Of a DNA stretch of 64,000 bases, positions 1 to 17,800 are shown in pieces. The DNA lies in the NCBI GenBank assembly GCA_000708835.1, contig DF237164.1, positions 74,226 through 138,225 on the forward strand, written 5' to 3'. Made by a program: the position numbers and the translations under genes. Each line of letters opens with the position of its first letter. The stretch's first letter is position 1. The DNA is from Klebsormidium nitens. Its lineage: Eukaryota; Plantae; Klebsormidiophyceae. The notes beneath the pieces are model-generated. The model ran no database searches. It was not told where the DNA came from and saw only the letters and a list, made by a program, of their open reading frames with translations.

Positions 1-409
1 GGCAGGATTTCCCAATTCGCCCGTTTTTGGAAAGAGGCAAAGCGAAGGTTTTAGAATTGTCCAAGAAGCTGTCAGAAGCTGTCTGAAGAAATGTCCAAAA
101 ACCCAATCTTTGCCTGAAGAAAATTTTGATGGAGCAAGGCTACGCGCAAAGCCATTGCCAGTTTTCTCGGACGGTCCTTCGTTTCACATGATGATACAAC
201 GCCCAGACTTTGCCTCACCCCGAGTTCATCCAATACTAGCTCGAGAATTAAGCACCACCCAGTTTGATCTGACACAAGCTTTTAAAATATTCCTCCCCAC
301 TTTATACAATACAATCCCAATTCTTGCTCCCGCACAAATCAACCAGTACAAGCTCAGCTTTTGCCTCCGCTCAGTCCTTAATCCACAAGCTCGTTCTCTG
401 TCATCCCAG

Positions 410-3152
410 TTTATCGCCAAGGCCCGCAATGCTGCCGAAGAGGCGGACGGCGGGCCGCGCCGGGGCGACAGCGAAGGACCGAGCACCTCGGAGAAGGACC
501 GCCCGCGTTTGAGCCGCTTCCGACGGGACCCCGAGGACGAAATGATGCGGGAACGGGAACGCGCGCGGGAGCGCTCGCGGAGAGACCGGGAGCGGGAACG
601 GGAGAGGTCAGAGAGGGATGCGGACAGGTGGGTCTTCAGGGGTATGTTTTTTGGACCCGAGAATTCTGGATGCGGGCACGGGGGCCCGAGGTCGGGGTAT
701 TGTGGAATATAGGAAGTGTTGATTAATGGTGTATTGGGCTTTTGGAAGTCATCGTGCTGGGATGACAAAGCGAAGAGAGTTGGAAGTTCTCGAGAGATGG
801 ACGACGCCTCCTCTCCTCTGGGTCGCTGCTCCTGTGAAGTTAGAAGACTCGGTTCAAGTTCATAATTGACAGCTTCTCCCCCTTGGTGCGACGACGTATT
901 GACCAGCCGTTGCGGTTTCGACGATCAGGAAAGAAGTTGTTTGCCCCGTAACAGAACCCCCTGGCTAGGCAAAGTTAGTCCTTTGTTCCGGAACCACTCT
1001 TCTCAAGCCTGTTATTCAATCCCATGATGAGAGAGCTACCGACGAACGACGAATTCTCAAGCCTGTAAGTCAGTGCCATTGTGAGAGAACTACAGACGAA
1101 CGCGAATCTGACCGATCAAGATTGGTTGCTTCGCCAACAGGGCTGTGGAGGACCGGGAGAAAGAGTTGGAGGCGTGGGAGAAAGAACGGGAGCGGGAGCG
1201 GCGGCGCGAGAAGGAGCGCGAGAAGGAAGCAGAGAAGGAGCGGAAGGCGCAGGTCAAGGAGGACGAGGAAGGAGAGCCCGACTCGGAGGAAGGAACTAGG
1301 TGCGGACAAATTTTTATGAAGGATCTTTGGAGTTCTTCAGCTGCGTCCCTGACCAAGAGAGAGCTTCAAATTGCCGGAATGACAAGCAGAGATGCTCACC
1401 GCTTTGCAGCGTCTCAAATCTCTGGAATTGGTCATGGGTTGATCGCTGCTGTGGAACGCGAAAGAAGCCGCAGACGGCGGGCGCCAGTCTGCTGGGGATG
1501 ATGCAGAGCAAACGACTCCCTGCAAGGATGTTTGTCTTACACGTTACTAGCTGCATTACCTTCTCGGTCATTTGTTGAGGTTTGGCAAACCTGCTGACAT
1601 GTTACAAAATTGAATCCGTTGTTGGCTGACGTCATTTTATGATTGTGCCTCCAGAAAGCGGCGTCGGGAGTCGAGCGACGAGAAGCGCCGGCGGCTGCAG
1701 CGGGAGCGGGAAGAGGACGAGCTGGACCGTCTGCTGGAGGACAAGGAGATCCGCGAGGCCAAGCGCCTGCGCGCGATCGAAGAAATCGAGCGGAGCACGT
1801 TACGCGAAGAACAGCCGCCCTCCCAAACTGAAACCCATCCCGAGAAACCGGCTCAGTATCCTCCGGTGGATCAGTCTCGGACGGTTCAGATACCCGTCGC
1901 TAACACAGCGTCTCCGAATGCTGACGTCATCGAGTCCCCCGCCCAGAACGGCTTTCCCCGGTTACATTCTGAACCCCCGGACGAGGCTCCGGGCCCCGGC
2001 AGGGGGGTGTCTCCAGCAGCGAGAAAGCCCCCGGTAGCCCCCCCCGGGAAGAAACGCCCGCTGGCGTCCGTGTTTGGGGGGGAGGAAGAGGAGCACAAGG
2101 CGACGCGCGCGCGCCCCCTGGTTCCGATCGAGTACACCCCGGAAGAGTTGGCGGCAGCAAAAGCGGCGGCGGCCGCGAAAGCATCGGCCGAGGAGCGCGA
2201 AAAGGTCGCCCCGATCCAAGCCCCGGTTGCGCGGCAACCGAGCCCGGCCCATCGTCCGGCGTCCCCGGCCCTTCCCCCCAACTTGGCCGCTGCGGCGGAG
2301 TTTGCGAAGAGTCTTGGGAAAGGGGGGGAGGAGAAGCGGAAGAAAGAGGAGGGGCGGCGCGATGTGGAGCGGAGCCGGGACAAGCGGGGGGTGAAGTTGT
2401 TGGATACGAAGCAGCTGATTGACAGCATTCCAAAGACGAAGGCGGAGCTGTTTGCGCACCCGGTGGACTGGGCCATCTTCGATTCGGTGAGCCAGCAAGA
2501 TCCTTCAACTGATCAGCTTCTTTGTTCAAGTATCCATATTGTTCCTTCTTTCTTTTTCTTCGTTGCTCCGTTTTCTTATTTGGTTTTCTTATGTAAACGA
2601 AGGATTTTGGCTTGTAGCTTGAAATTGTGACCTGAGCGGATCGTAACTTTGACGCTAAATGCTGCCTCGATGCTCTGCTAGCCTGCTTTCTGCGATGCGT
2701 ATCTCAGGCGACGTCCTGAGGGAGGCCAACGACTTAGCGCTGTGAAAAGCATCGTTCGATTTGGTTTGTTTGTCCACTTCGTTCAACGGTCAACTAAGCA
2801 GACTGCACTGTTCGCTGATGTCTCTTGATGTCACTCAGCATCGGTACTTCGAACCCCTTTCTGCTTTACTAAGGACCCTCCCCATAAGCCCCTGCCTTTG
2901 ATGGTGCAGGAGAAGATTCACGAGAAGATGCGGCCTTGGATAGGCAAGAAGATCGCGGAATTTCTGGGGGAGGAAGAGAGCACGCTGGTAGACTTCATTC
3001 TGCAGAGCATGCTCAAGCACGACTCCGCCGAAAAGATGCTCGAGCTGCTAGATCCTCTGCTAGACGAAGAGGCCGAGTTGTTCGTCCTGAAAATGTGGCG
3101 CATGCTCATCTTCGAGCTCAAGCGAGCAGAGCAGGAGATGGTGATCCGATGA
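410..3152 (+). CDS. RBM25: RBM25-like pre-mRNA splicing factor (RE/RD-rich region plus C-terminal PWI domain), 5' partial
   Basis: Exons 410-627, 1141-1299, 1655-2486 and 2910-3152 join in frame with GT-AG sites. Long ERER tracts, then LIDSIPKTKAELFAHPVDWA and a PWI domain (MRPWIGKKIAEFLGEEESTLVDFI...LDEEAELFVLKMWRMLIFE). The N-terminus lies upstream of the window. Confidence 0.85.
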
Positions 3153-4179
3153 GGGAGGCCAGATACGTCAGGAACAAATCTGCTTTGAATCAAGCTTCTC
3201 TTGATTGAATGTGTCGTTGCCCCGTTCGTTTGACCTACTCGGTTCTTGCTGCCTTGCTTCCCAGGCCTTGGCCAGCAGCCAACGCCTCTGCTGAACCTCG
3301 AGGACATGATCAATCCAAAGACTTTGTGCACCTCAGGCTGCCAACTTGAATCGATGAACCATAAGGCAGGCTCGCAATTCCGGGTCGACTCCACCTGGCA
3401 CATACCGTACTATAAGGGCTCTTTGCATATACATATAGCCTTCAATGTCTGCAGCTGAGTCAAATGATGGTGTACGCGTTATATACATACATGTGGCCGG
3501 CGATTGTACACTGTATACCTATGATGCTCGCGCCACCATATAGGATATAGCTTAGTATATGCTAGCATGGTCACATTCCAGCCAGCCCCACATGCTGCGG
3601 CCCTGCCGCACATACTTTAGTTGCGCGAGCATCTAAGCGAGGTTCTATAGCGCGGTTGTCAAGGCGATTGTATCAAACATTCGAATGGCCGCAGGCCAGC
3701 TAGCTATAGGCTATTGTTCATGAGAAAGGCTGTACGCAGCCGTTGGCCGCGTTCAAGATTACTCATGCACCTACATGCTACACAATAGGAGCCCACTGCC
3801 TTTGGGGTATCAGCGTACTTTGATGCGGCATGCTTGAGATCAAGCACAAGACATACCTTTGTGTGTGCATCTGGGCGTTCAAGTCAAAGCACAAACATAT
3901 TCAGGCCCTGAGCCAGTGTGCTGACTGCCGATCCACAACAGGGTACGATTACGAAGCATAGCTCTCATGAGCTCTCAATCGATGAAACCACACAGCAAGG
4001 CATGAATTGATGCCCTCGCCTGTGTAACTGGCGGCAAGAACATAGTGCACATGAGGAACTGAAGTCGCACAATCGTTTGCAAGGGCTGCCATCTCGGCAA
4101 GAAGTCTAAGAGTTCGTCACCTATACACAGTTTGCACAGTTGGGTGGTGAAATCTCTGTAGTCAGTCAAAGCTCGCTAT

Positions 4180-10413
<6,234 letters not shown>

Positions 10414-11649
10414 GTGTAGCATTGAATCTGACCGTTAGCGACAGCCTTGGTTGTTGCAAGACAGACTAATTCTTTGTGTACTGCTTGCTTCAAATCTTGT
10501 ACAGAGGGACTGGTTACCATATAAATGATCTGCCTGCATTCCATTACATCATTGGAAACCCAAAGACCTTGGCGCATGAATCTGCCGCTCACTTCATTTG
10601 AATTGCATTTCTGCTTTAGTTGAGAGACTTCCCATGTAGGGGCATCAACTATTCGAATGCGCTTGGTAATACCTCCTGAGTCAGCCCTTGTCATGACCCT
10701 GGTGCTGATGCTGGAAAAGCCCATTACATGTCATGCAACATACCCTGTGTTCATGAGTAGCTAGCACGCATTGAACTCCATTGTTCCGCGGCAGCCTAGT
10801 ACTGGAATGTCAGCTTCTTGGAGCAACACCGTGTTATAGGCCACAAAGGTGACAAAAAAGACCGCTTCGAATATTGATGATCTAAATCTTCTTCCGAGCC
10901 TCCTTCTTCCGCGGTCACCTTACATGTGCAAAGTTCAGTTTGCCAGGATGTGTATATGCAACACATGTGTGGCCATCCAATGGCTTCTTGGCAATCACCT
11001 CGATCAGGACGGCGTATATTATAAGTGCTAGCTTGCATGTGGAGCAGCTATACTCTGATTGAACTAGGGAATCATGTACACTTTTATATTGCATGCGACT
11101 GCATGAGCTACCTAGCTTCTACTATTGCATGCAGCCACGAGCCAGACTCATTAGAAAGGTCATCAAAATAGTAAGCGTTGAGTCGCATATGGGCCTGAGA
11201 TCTTGGATGACTAGCTAGTAGCCGCGCAAACCAGCTGAATGAGCTTTGTTGACGTACCTCAACGCGGCTGCTGCGCCGCCGCACGCTCCATAGGGTCTCA
11301 GTTGTAGCTAACAGCTAACAAATCAACCTGGGCATGCCAGGCTCCATGACCGTGAAGCAACTTGCAGACTACTACTAAAAGGTTTTGAACTTGTCATGAC
11401 AATATCACATTTCGCCGCATGGTCGACAACAGTATTGGCTTAAAGCCCTGGCGTATTAGTTCTTCTCACATCATTTCGTGCAGGGCACGCCCCGCCTGAC
11501 CAGACCGTGGCCACTGTTGCTCTTCCAATCATCGAATTTAGCATGGTTCCATGCCCTAGAAAAGTAAGCGCCTAGTAAGTCTCTCCGAGATGAGTCAGAC
11601 GCATTTGCGCATCCGACCAATATTGTCATCAAGGCTGGAGATCGACAAA

Positions 11650-13310
11650 CCGTCAGATATTCAAGCAACGTTTACTACGTATACCGCTCATGCTCCTTGA
11701 CTCTTCCTCGAAAGACTCGTTCTGCTCCTTGGTTGCGTCCTGAACACGGATGCACTCCTCTATGTTACTTCGAGCAATCTTTTGTTGTGCTCCCTCCTCA
11801 ATACAAAGGCGGTCACGGGCGGAAGCCCAATCCGCCGATATAACCTCGCTGAATTTCTGTCAGAGAAAAGGGTAACCTCTGAAAAGCAGCAAATGTTCTG
11901 ACAATCGGATCTCCGAAAGCTTCCCAGCTCCTTGCGGTTTTCAGCCCCGATATCAGAGAGCTTTGTGCAGCATTCTTGAACTAGGACTCCTTTCTGTGGT
12001 ACAAAAAGGATCCGTCTGAACAGGATCAAGATGGAAGACATTTCTGGGCACTGGAGGCGCCACGTGGACGCCGCTGTCAGACGGCGGCGTGCGCACCCCC
12101 ACCAGCTCTATCAGCTTCAGACGGCTCAAGAGTGTCACGGGGCCAGCTTATGAAGAATTGACAAGCACTTATGACACCCTCGAACTGACAGATCGTGAAA
12201 ACGTTGACGCATAAAACGGCAAACAAGGATTCGCGGTGGAAAAGTTGCATTTTCAAAAGGAACCGGCAACAGACAAGAGGGATATGTCCATCCGAAAACA
12301 ACGCCCACCATCTAGTCGGCTCCGTTGAGGAGAAGTGAAATCTCTCTGCCTGCGAGCTTCTTTCGAAGATTTGGTTCTTGTTTGCAGAGTTTATCGGAGA
12401 ATCCCGAAGAAATTTGCCCACGACTGTCTTCTCTTAGGTCTTCTTTTGACTTCTTGATGGACTTACTTTGCTATCGAACAGAAGGATTACCTTTCTCCTT
12501 GCTCGAGCAGATGCGTCCGTCTTCGGAAGAAGGTGCGTTCAACTTGCAAACCACGTGTCTGCAATCTCAAACCCAGAATCTGAACTTCGCGCGTGTTCGA
12601 GCAAACGTGCTTTGCATTTGACAGCTCTGAGAAACTCAAACAACATCATACGGTAATCAGACACGTACACGTAGGATTGACAGCACAGGGTAACCGCCTT
12701 TGCCGTGACAAATGTATATTTGACGAAAAGGCTCATAGTACAAAGCCTAACAGCCCGGTCAGATGTCCCGACTAAGGCAACCCGTACGCCCATCCAAAAG
12801 GGGAGGATGCACTGGTTTGCGTTCCAACGAGGAGATAAGCGAAGAGCCGGAGAACGTAGTAGCTTGAGGTTTGACGGCTCGGACCCGTCCGCGCTCTCGT
12901 GTACAATTATTCTGAAAACTTCTTAGTGAGAGGCATTGCGCGGAGTACGTACCTGCTTGGGAAGTACCGGAAACGGCTGGCACGGCTTTGGAGTCTTTTG
13001 TGGAAATCTGCTGGTCCATAAATCGGCCAGAAATCTTCTTTGCATTGGCGGAGCGATGTTTCCAAGTCGCAGCAGATTTTAGCTTTCCATAACGCCACGA
13101 CTTTGCTGCCTACCATCATACCTGGCCGTTCTTTCTAGTACGACCTGCCAGATCACGGTGTCCGATTCCGTTTTGTTTCCGTATGCATTTCCGTTTCGTT
13201 TTTCGTTGCTGCTGCAATTCAATCCGTCCCCGTTCCGATGTTTCCGGTTGTCCAGGACGTTCCCGTGCTCAGCTTTCCCGGACATTGCTTGATTTGGGGC
13301 CGACGTTCTC
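11650..13310 (-). pseudogene. Possible degenerate spliced gene of unknown function
   Basis: Protein-like segments are bounded by plausible splice sites (RTSAPNQAMSGK...; VGSKVVALWKAKICCDLETSLRQCKEDFWPIYG...; HVVCKLNAPSSEDGR...; KFSEVISADWASARDRLCIEEGAQQK...). They cannot be joined without stops or frameshifts. Confidence 0.25.
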
Positions 13311-14803
13311 TGAAATAGTCGTTTGCGCTGCCACGGCCAAGCTCATGATTCTGATCTCGCGCAGCGTCAAATGAAAGGAGTCAGTGAAGTCGAGCCAAAA
13401 TCTGAGCGAGGAAGTGGGGAACCCTTCGATCGGAAGCCAAACGAGCGGCGCAGATGTCGGGAGCCATTTACGGCCACAATGCATCAAAGCTTAGCCTCCA
13501 AAGTTGATTGTCGGATCATCGACGGGCTGCAGAGACCTGCGGCATAGTGGAGCGACGAACACTTCTAAGGAAGGAAGAAACAAACCCGGCGCTGACAGTT
13601 GCGCCAAATTTACGTCCGAGTGCTCTTCAGATTAGACGGTCGAGAAGGCGGTAAGATGGCGAGCGGACAGAGCTAACGGCTCTTACACCGCACGACAGCA
13701 GCCAACCAAATCCTTAAGACGTCTCAAAAGTCTGTAGGTTCTGTGGAATATATGCCGGAGGCGCCTTAAATCAAGGGAGCGTGGTCAACTTCTGGGTTCG
13801 TAAGTCCAGAGATGCTTTGACGGCTTAGTCATCATCTACTTATAGGACGAGAAGAGAGGTTTTGTGCATGGACTCCGTGGATCAAAGACAAAGCAGGTGT
13901 TTGACGTTTGGACAGCCGTCTCAACGCGCTGCAGCGCTACATGTCTGCGCAGCAGAGGTTTCAAACCGGCGCTCGAGCAACGGCAAAGTTGACTCCTTCA
14001 TGCAGACTCCGTTTGCAAGCTCAGGTGCATGTCAAACTTCGCAACCAACTTTTCCAGCGCTTTCGGGCAGGATCGCTAGAGGTTGTGTCTTGATTTTGGG
14101 CGGCAAACGAGCACTAGTCTGGTACGAGTCTCTGTCAAGGAGGTAAAGCAACGAGCTCGAGAGGCTGAGGGCGACTGTTGATCTAGGCTTGCAGCTTACA
14201 GGTTTGACCAAACCTCCAATTTGGCGTCTGCATCTGCGTTCGATCGACGACCCCCATAATATAAGCCGTGCACACCAAGAGACCTGGCTTCCTTCTCTTT
14301 TGTTCCACGATCATTCTTGTTGTACTGGAGAAGCATTTCCTCAAGTGCGTACATGCTTCTGCCCATCAATTCCCTGTCATGTCCATATTCCTGAGTTTGC
14401 CGAAACTGTGGCCGAACCCGGCGATATTGCAAGCTGTCTGTGAAACGAATTGAACGAAGTCTCCAGTTATCAGAAACACCTGGCGCGGCCGTTTGTGTTG
14501 ACAAAAAGCTTAGTGCGGAAACGAGGCGGAAAGAGAAGGCGCGCGAGCAAAGGGGTGGCACAAATTTCGTCGCGCGCGGCCGGCTGCGGCTGCGGCTGCG
14601 GCTATATGGCTCGCGGCCGGCCTGCGTACGGCCGCTTATCCAGGTTCCTTCAGGCTCCAGCCGCAGGATATGAACAACGAGAAACGTGGGCTCATCGTGA
14701 CCGTTCACCTAGGCTCTGCTGAAGATCCACACACAGGCCACAGTTAGCCTAGCGTAAATTGCTTTGAGTTTCATCGCTTTCAAGTTTCATTTGAAGCTGG
14801 ATC

Positions 14804-17800
14804 ATGGCGTCTATGGCAGCAACATTCCAGCGCTTGGCTACACGCATCCCCAGCTCTGTCGTAACTTCTGGTGCATGTTCCTGCAAGCAGCTTCGTGCCA
14901 AGCAGGCAGCATTGTGGACACCCGCAGTTTCCGCTTCACAGAACAGTTCCGCCAAGGGTTTCCTCGCTGAAAATTCTTCAGCGAAGCAGGGCTTGCCTTT
15001 AGGTCAAGTTGGGAAGGGATTTCTCGGCAGAGGCCTTCTGAAGCTTCACGCCGCAGAATCTAGGCACGTTCGGCGAGCTACCATGAGTGCTGATGCCGGC
15101 GTACAGGGCCTGGAGAACAACCCGCTTTTGGCGGACGCCCCTTTTCCTCTGTTTGACCAAGTTGAAGCGAAGGATGTGGTGCCGGCAATCAGGAGCCTGT
15201 TGAAAGATCTGGTGAGTCGGTCGGACAAACGCTCTGAAAGTTTTCAGTGGAAGCGATGCAAGCAGGATTGTTTAAATCAGTATCTGCAAGCAATTGTATC
15301 TCTAAATGCAGATAGTTTTCTTAGCAGTGCAAAATCTTGAAAAGCTGCTTTGTAAAATACAGACCTGTCTACCAGTCCTTTTTGTGTAATATATTGCATA
15401 CCTTTTCAGCGAGGGTGCTGAGGGAGGGGACTTCATCAAAGCCACCAGCTTGTATATAAGGCATTTGCATGTGTTACAAGCTTTGTGACGACACCGGCGC
15501 TGAAGGTCCTTAATAGTGAAGAGATAAGGGTTACTGAACCGGCACCAGGATCGCAGCATAGGCCCTGTCTGGACTCTGTTCATTCAATGATGCTACCTTT
15601 GCTACTTAGAGTGAGTCTATTCTGTAGGCAGCCTGACCAGTGTTTTTGAAGCAAGAAGCGTCGGAGGTTTGGTGAGTACTGTATCGTTCGCCTTCATTTA
15701 TTTGGCTACTGATTATTTTGACACGTCAAGCCAGCTCACCTGCAGTGTTTTGGGCAATTGCCCTCTCCTCGCAGGCGCCTCACTAACTTAAGAAGAGCCT
15801 TTGTTTCTGAGAGCATGTCCAGTACTTCTTACGAGTTGATCTTCCGGACCTACTAGTTGCAGCTCAAATAGGTCGATCACTGGAGTCGGTTCCCCGCTAT
15901 GTTGTTCAGCAGACAAACTTACGTAAAGTTGGACAGACTATTCTCCGTTTGACTGTAAGCCCCAGATTTTCTGGAGAGTTCCCCTCCGAGACCCTCTTAC
16001 ATCAGACCAGACCGTTCTTGAGACCAGACCGTTCTTGTGAGTTCCAAAGGACTGAGTAAGAGCAAACTAAGTACTTGAATAACCTCTCAATTGCAGACGA
16101 AGGACCTCGAATCATTGGAGGCGTCTGTGGCGCCTTCCTGGCCTGGCCTGGTAGAGCCTCTGGAGCGGCTGGGGGATAAGCTGTCGGTTGCGTGGGGCAC
16201 CATAAGCCACTTAAAGGCAGTGAAGGACACCAAGGAGCTGCGGGATGCGGTTGAAGAAGTCCAGGTGAGTGTTCACCTCTCCGTCAAGCTCATTTTTTCC
16301 TTTGTAGCCTGGTTGGTTCTGATGGTTTTTGATGAGAAAGTCTGTAAGGATAGGACTTCCGTTGATTGGTTCACCTTCCGCTTCCAACACTTGGAACTTG
16401 GTGCAGAGTGTCACTTGGACCATACAAGGCCCTCTTTGAACGGGTAGCACTGGTGTCGGCCATTAAAACAAGCTCGTTGGCTACAATATGAATTTCCGAA
16501 ATGATGCGTCTCTACTCGCACGTGAAAAAAGGAGAAGTGCAAGGCCGGATGCAAACGCAAAAGCGGGGCCCTGTTATGTGATTTCCCTGCTGCAAGCAGA
16601 GGACGGCTTCTTGGTGCGAATGTTCTGTACATAGACTTTTCCGTTTCTGTTTTTGGGCTAGTTGCAACCTGCCTTATGGAAGGGTCTATGACCTTCTTGG
16701 GGCCCTGTAACAGGTCCTGTTGTATCTCCTAGAGCCAGTATGAGTGGCAATTATCGTCCGAGTTGGGCCCTATCAAGCTCATCAACAACGGGCCTTGTTT
16801 AGAGGGTTCTTGCTTTTTCTGCAGCCAAAACGAGTTGCGCTCTCGCTCCGATTGGCTAGAGCAAACCCGCTGTGACGCTCAGAGAGCCCTTCCGTCCTTC
16901 ATAACTCTTTGCAAGGTGGATGTGTTGTCACCTTAACTGACTATAACGGGCCTTGTTCAATGGTTGGTTGCTCTTTTTGCTCTCTTTGGCGTTGAACCTG
17001 CGGGGTTGGTTAGAACAAGCTCATCGACGAAGCATAAGTCGCTCTACTTACCTGGGGCTTTGTTCAGAAGCTTCCAACATTTTTGCAGCCGGAACGAGTG
17101 GCGTTCTTCCTGCCAGATGGGCCGCAACAAGCCCATCTCGTGCAGGAGCCTTCTGGTTTATCCCTTCATCTTGCAAGCCAGAGAAGTTATTTCTGATCCG
17201 AACATGAATTCACTCTGACGCGTGATTCTTGGATTAAGAGGCCGTATTCACAGGTTTTTCTCCCTCTTCGCAGCCGGAACGAGTCGCCTTCTTCTTGCGG
17301 GTCATCCAGAGCAAGCCAACCTGCGGGGCCCGCTGGGCTCTTTCAATGCTTTCCTTTCTTTTCGCCGCCAGAGGAAACTACTCTGAACTTCGCTTCATTA
17401 ACTTCTGTCTCTAAAACTCCTAATTCAAGGGCCTCGTTGCTCCCCTTTGCAGCCGGAACGAGTGGCGTTCTCCCTGCGGGTGCGCCAGAGCAAGCCCATC
17501 TACGAGGCCTACCGGGCCCTTCCCTCCTCATTCTTTCTTTGAGAAGCCAAAAATCTTACTACACTAAAAGGGGCCCTGTTTTTAGGAGTGTCGCTCTCTT
17601 TGCAGCCGGAACGAGTGGCATTCTCCCTGCGGGTCGGGCAGAGCAAGCCCATCTACGAGGCCTACCGGGCCCTCCGGGACGGCCCCGAGTGGGAGTCCCT
17701 TTCGGAGGCGCAGCAGCGGATCGTGGAGGCGGAATTGAGAGAAGCCACGCTGAGCGGGGTGGCCCTGGAAGGGAAGGAGAAGGAGCGATTCAACGAGATC

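Noticed and set aside
13908-13943. LDSRLNALQRYM resembles the CCDC61 C-terminal motif IDSRLHALQNFL
   Set aside because: It is only 12 residues, sits just after an in-frame stop, and has weak nucleotide identity with no flanking similarity. A post hoc chance match is plausible.
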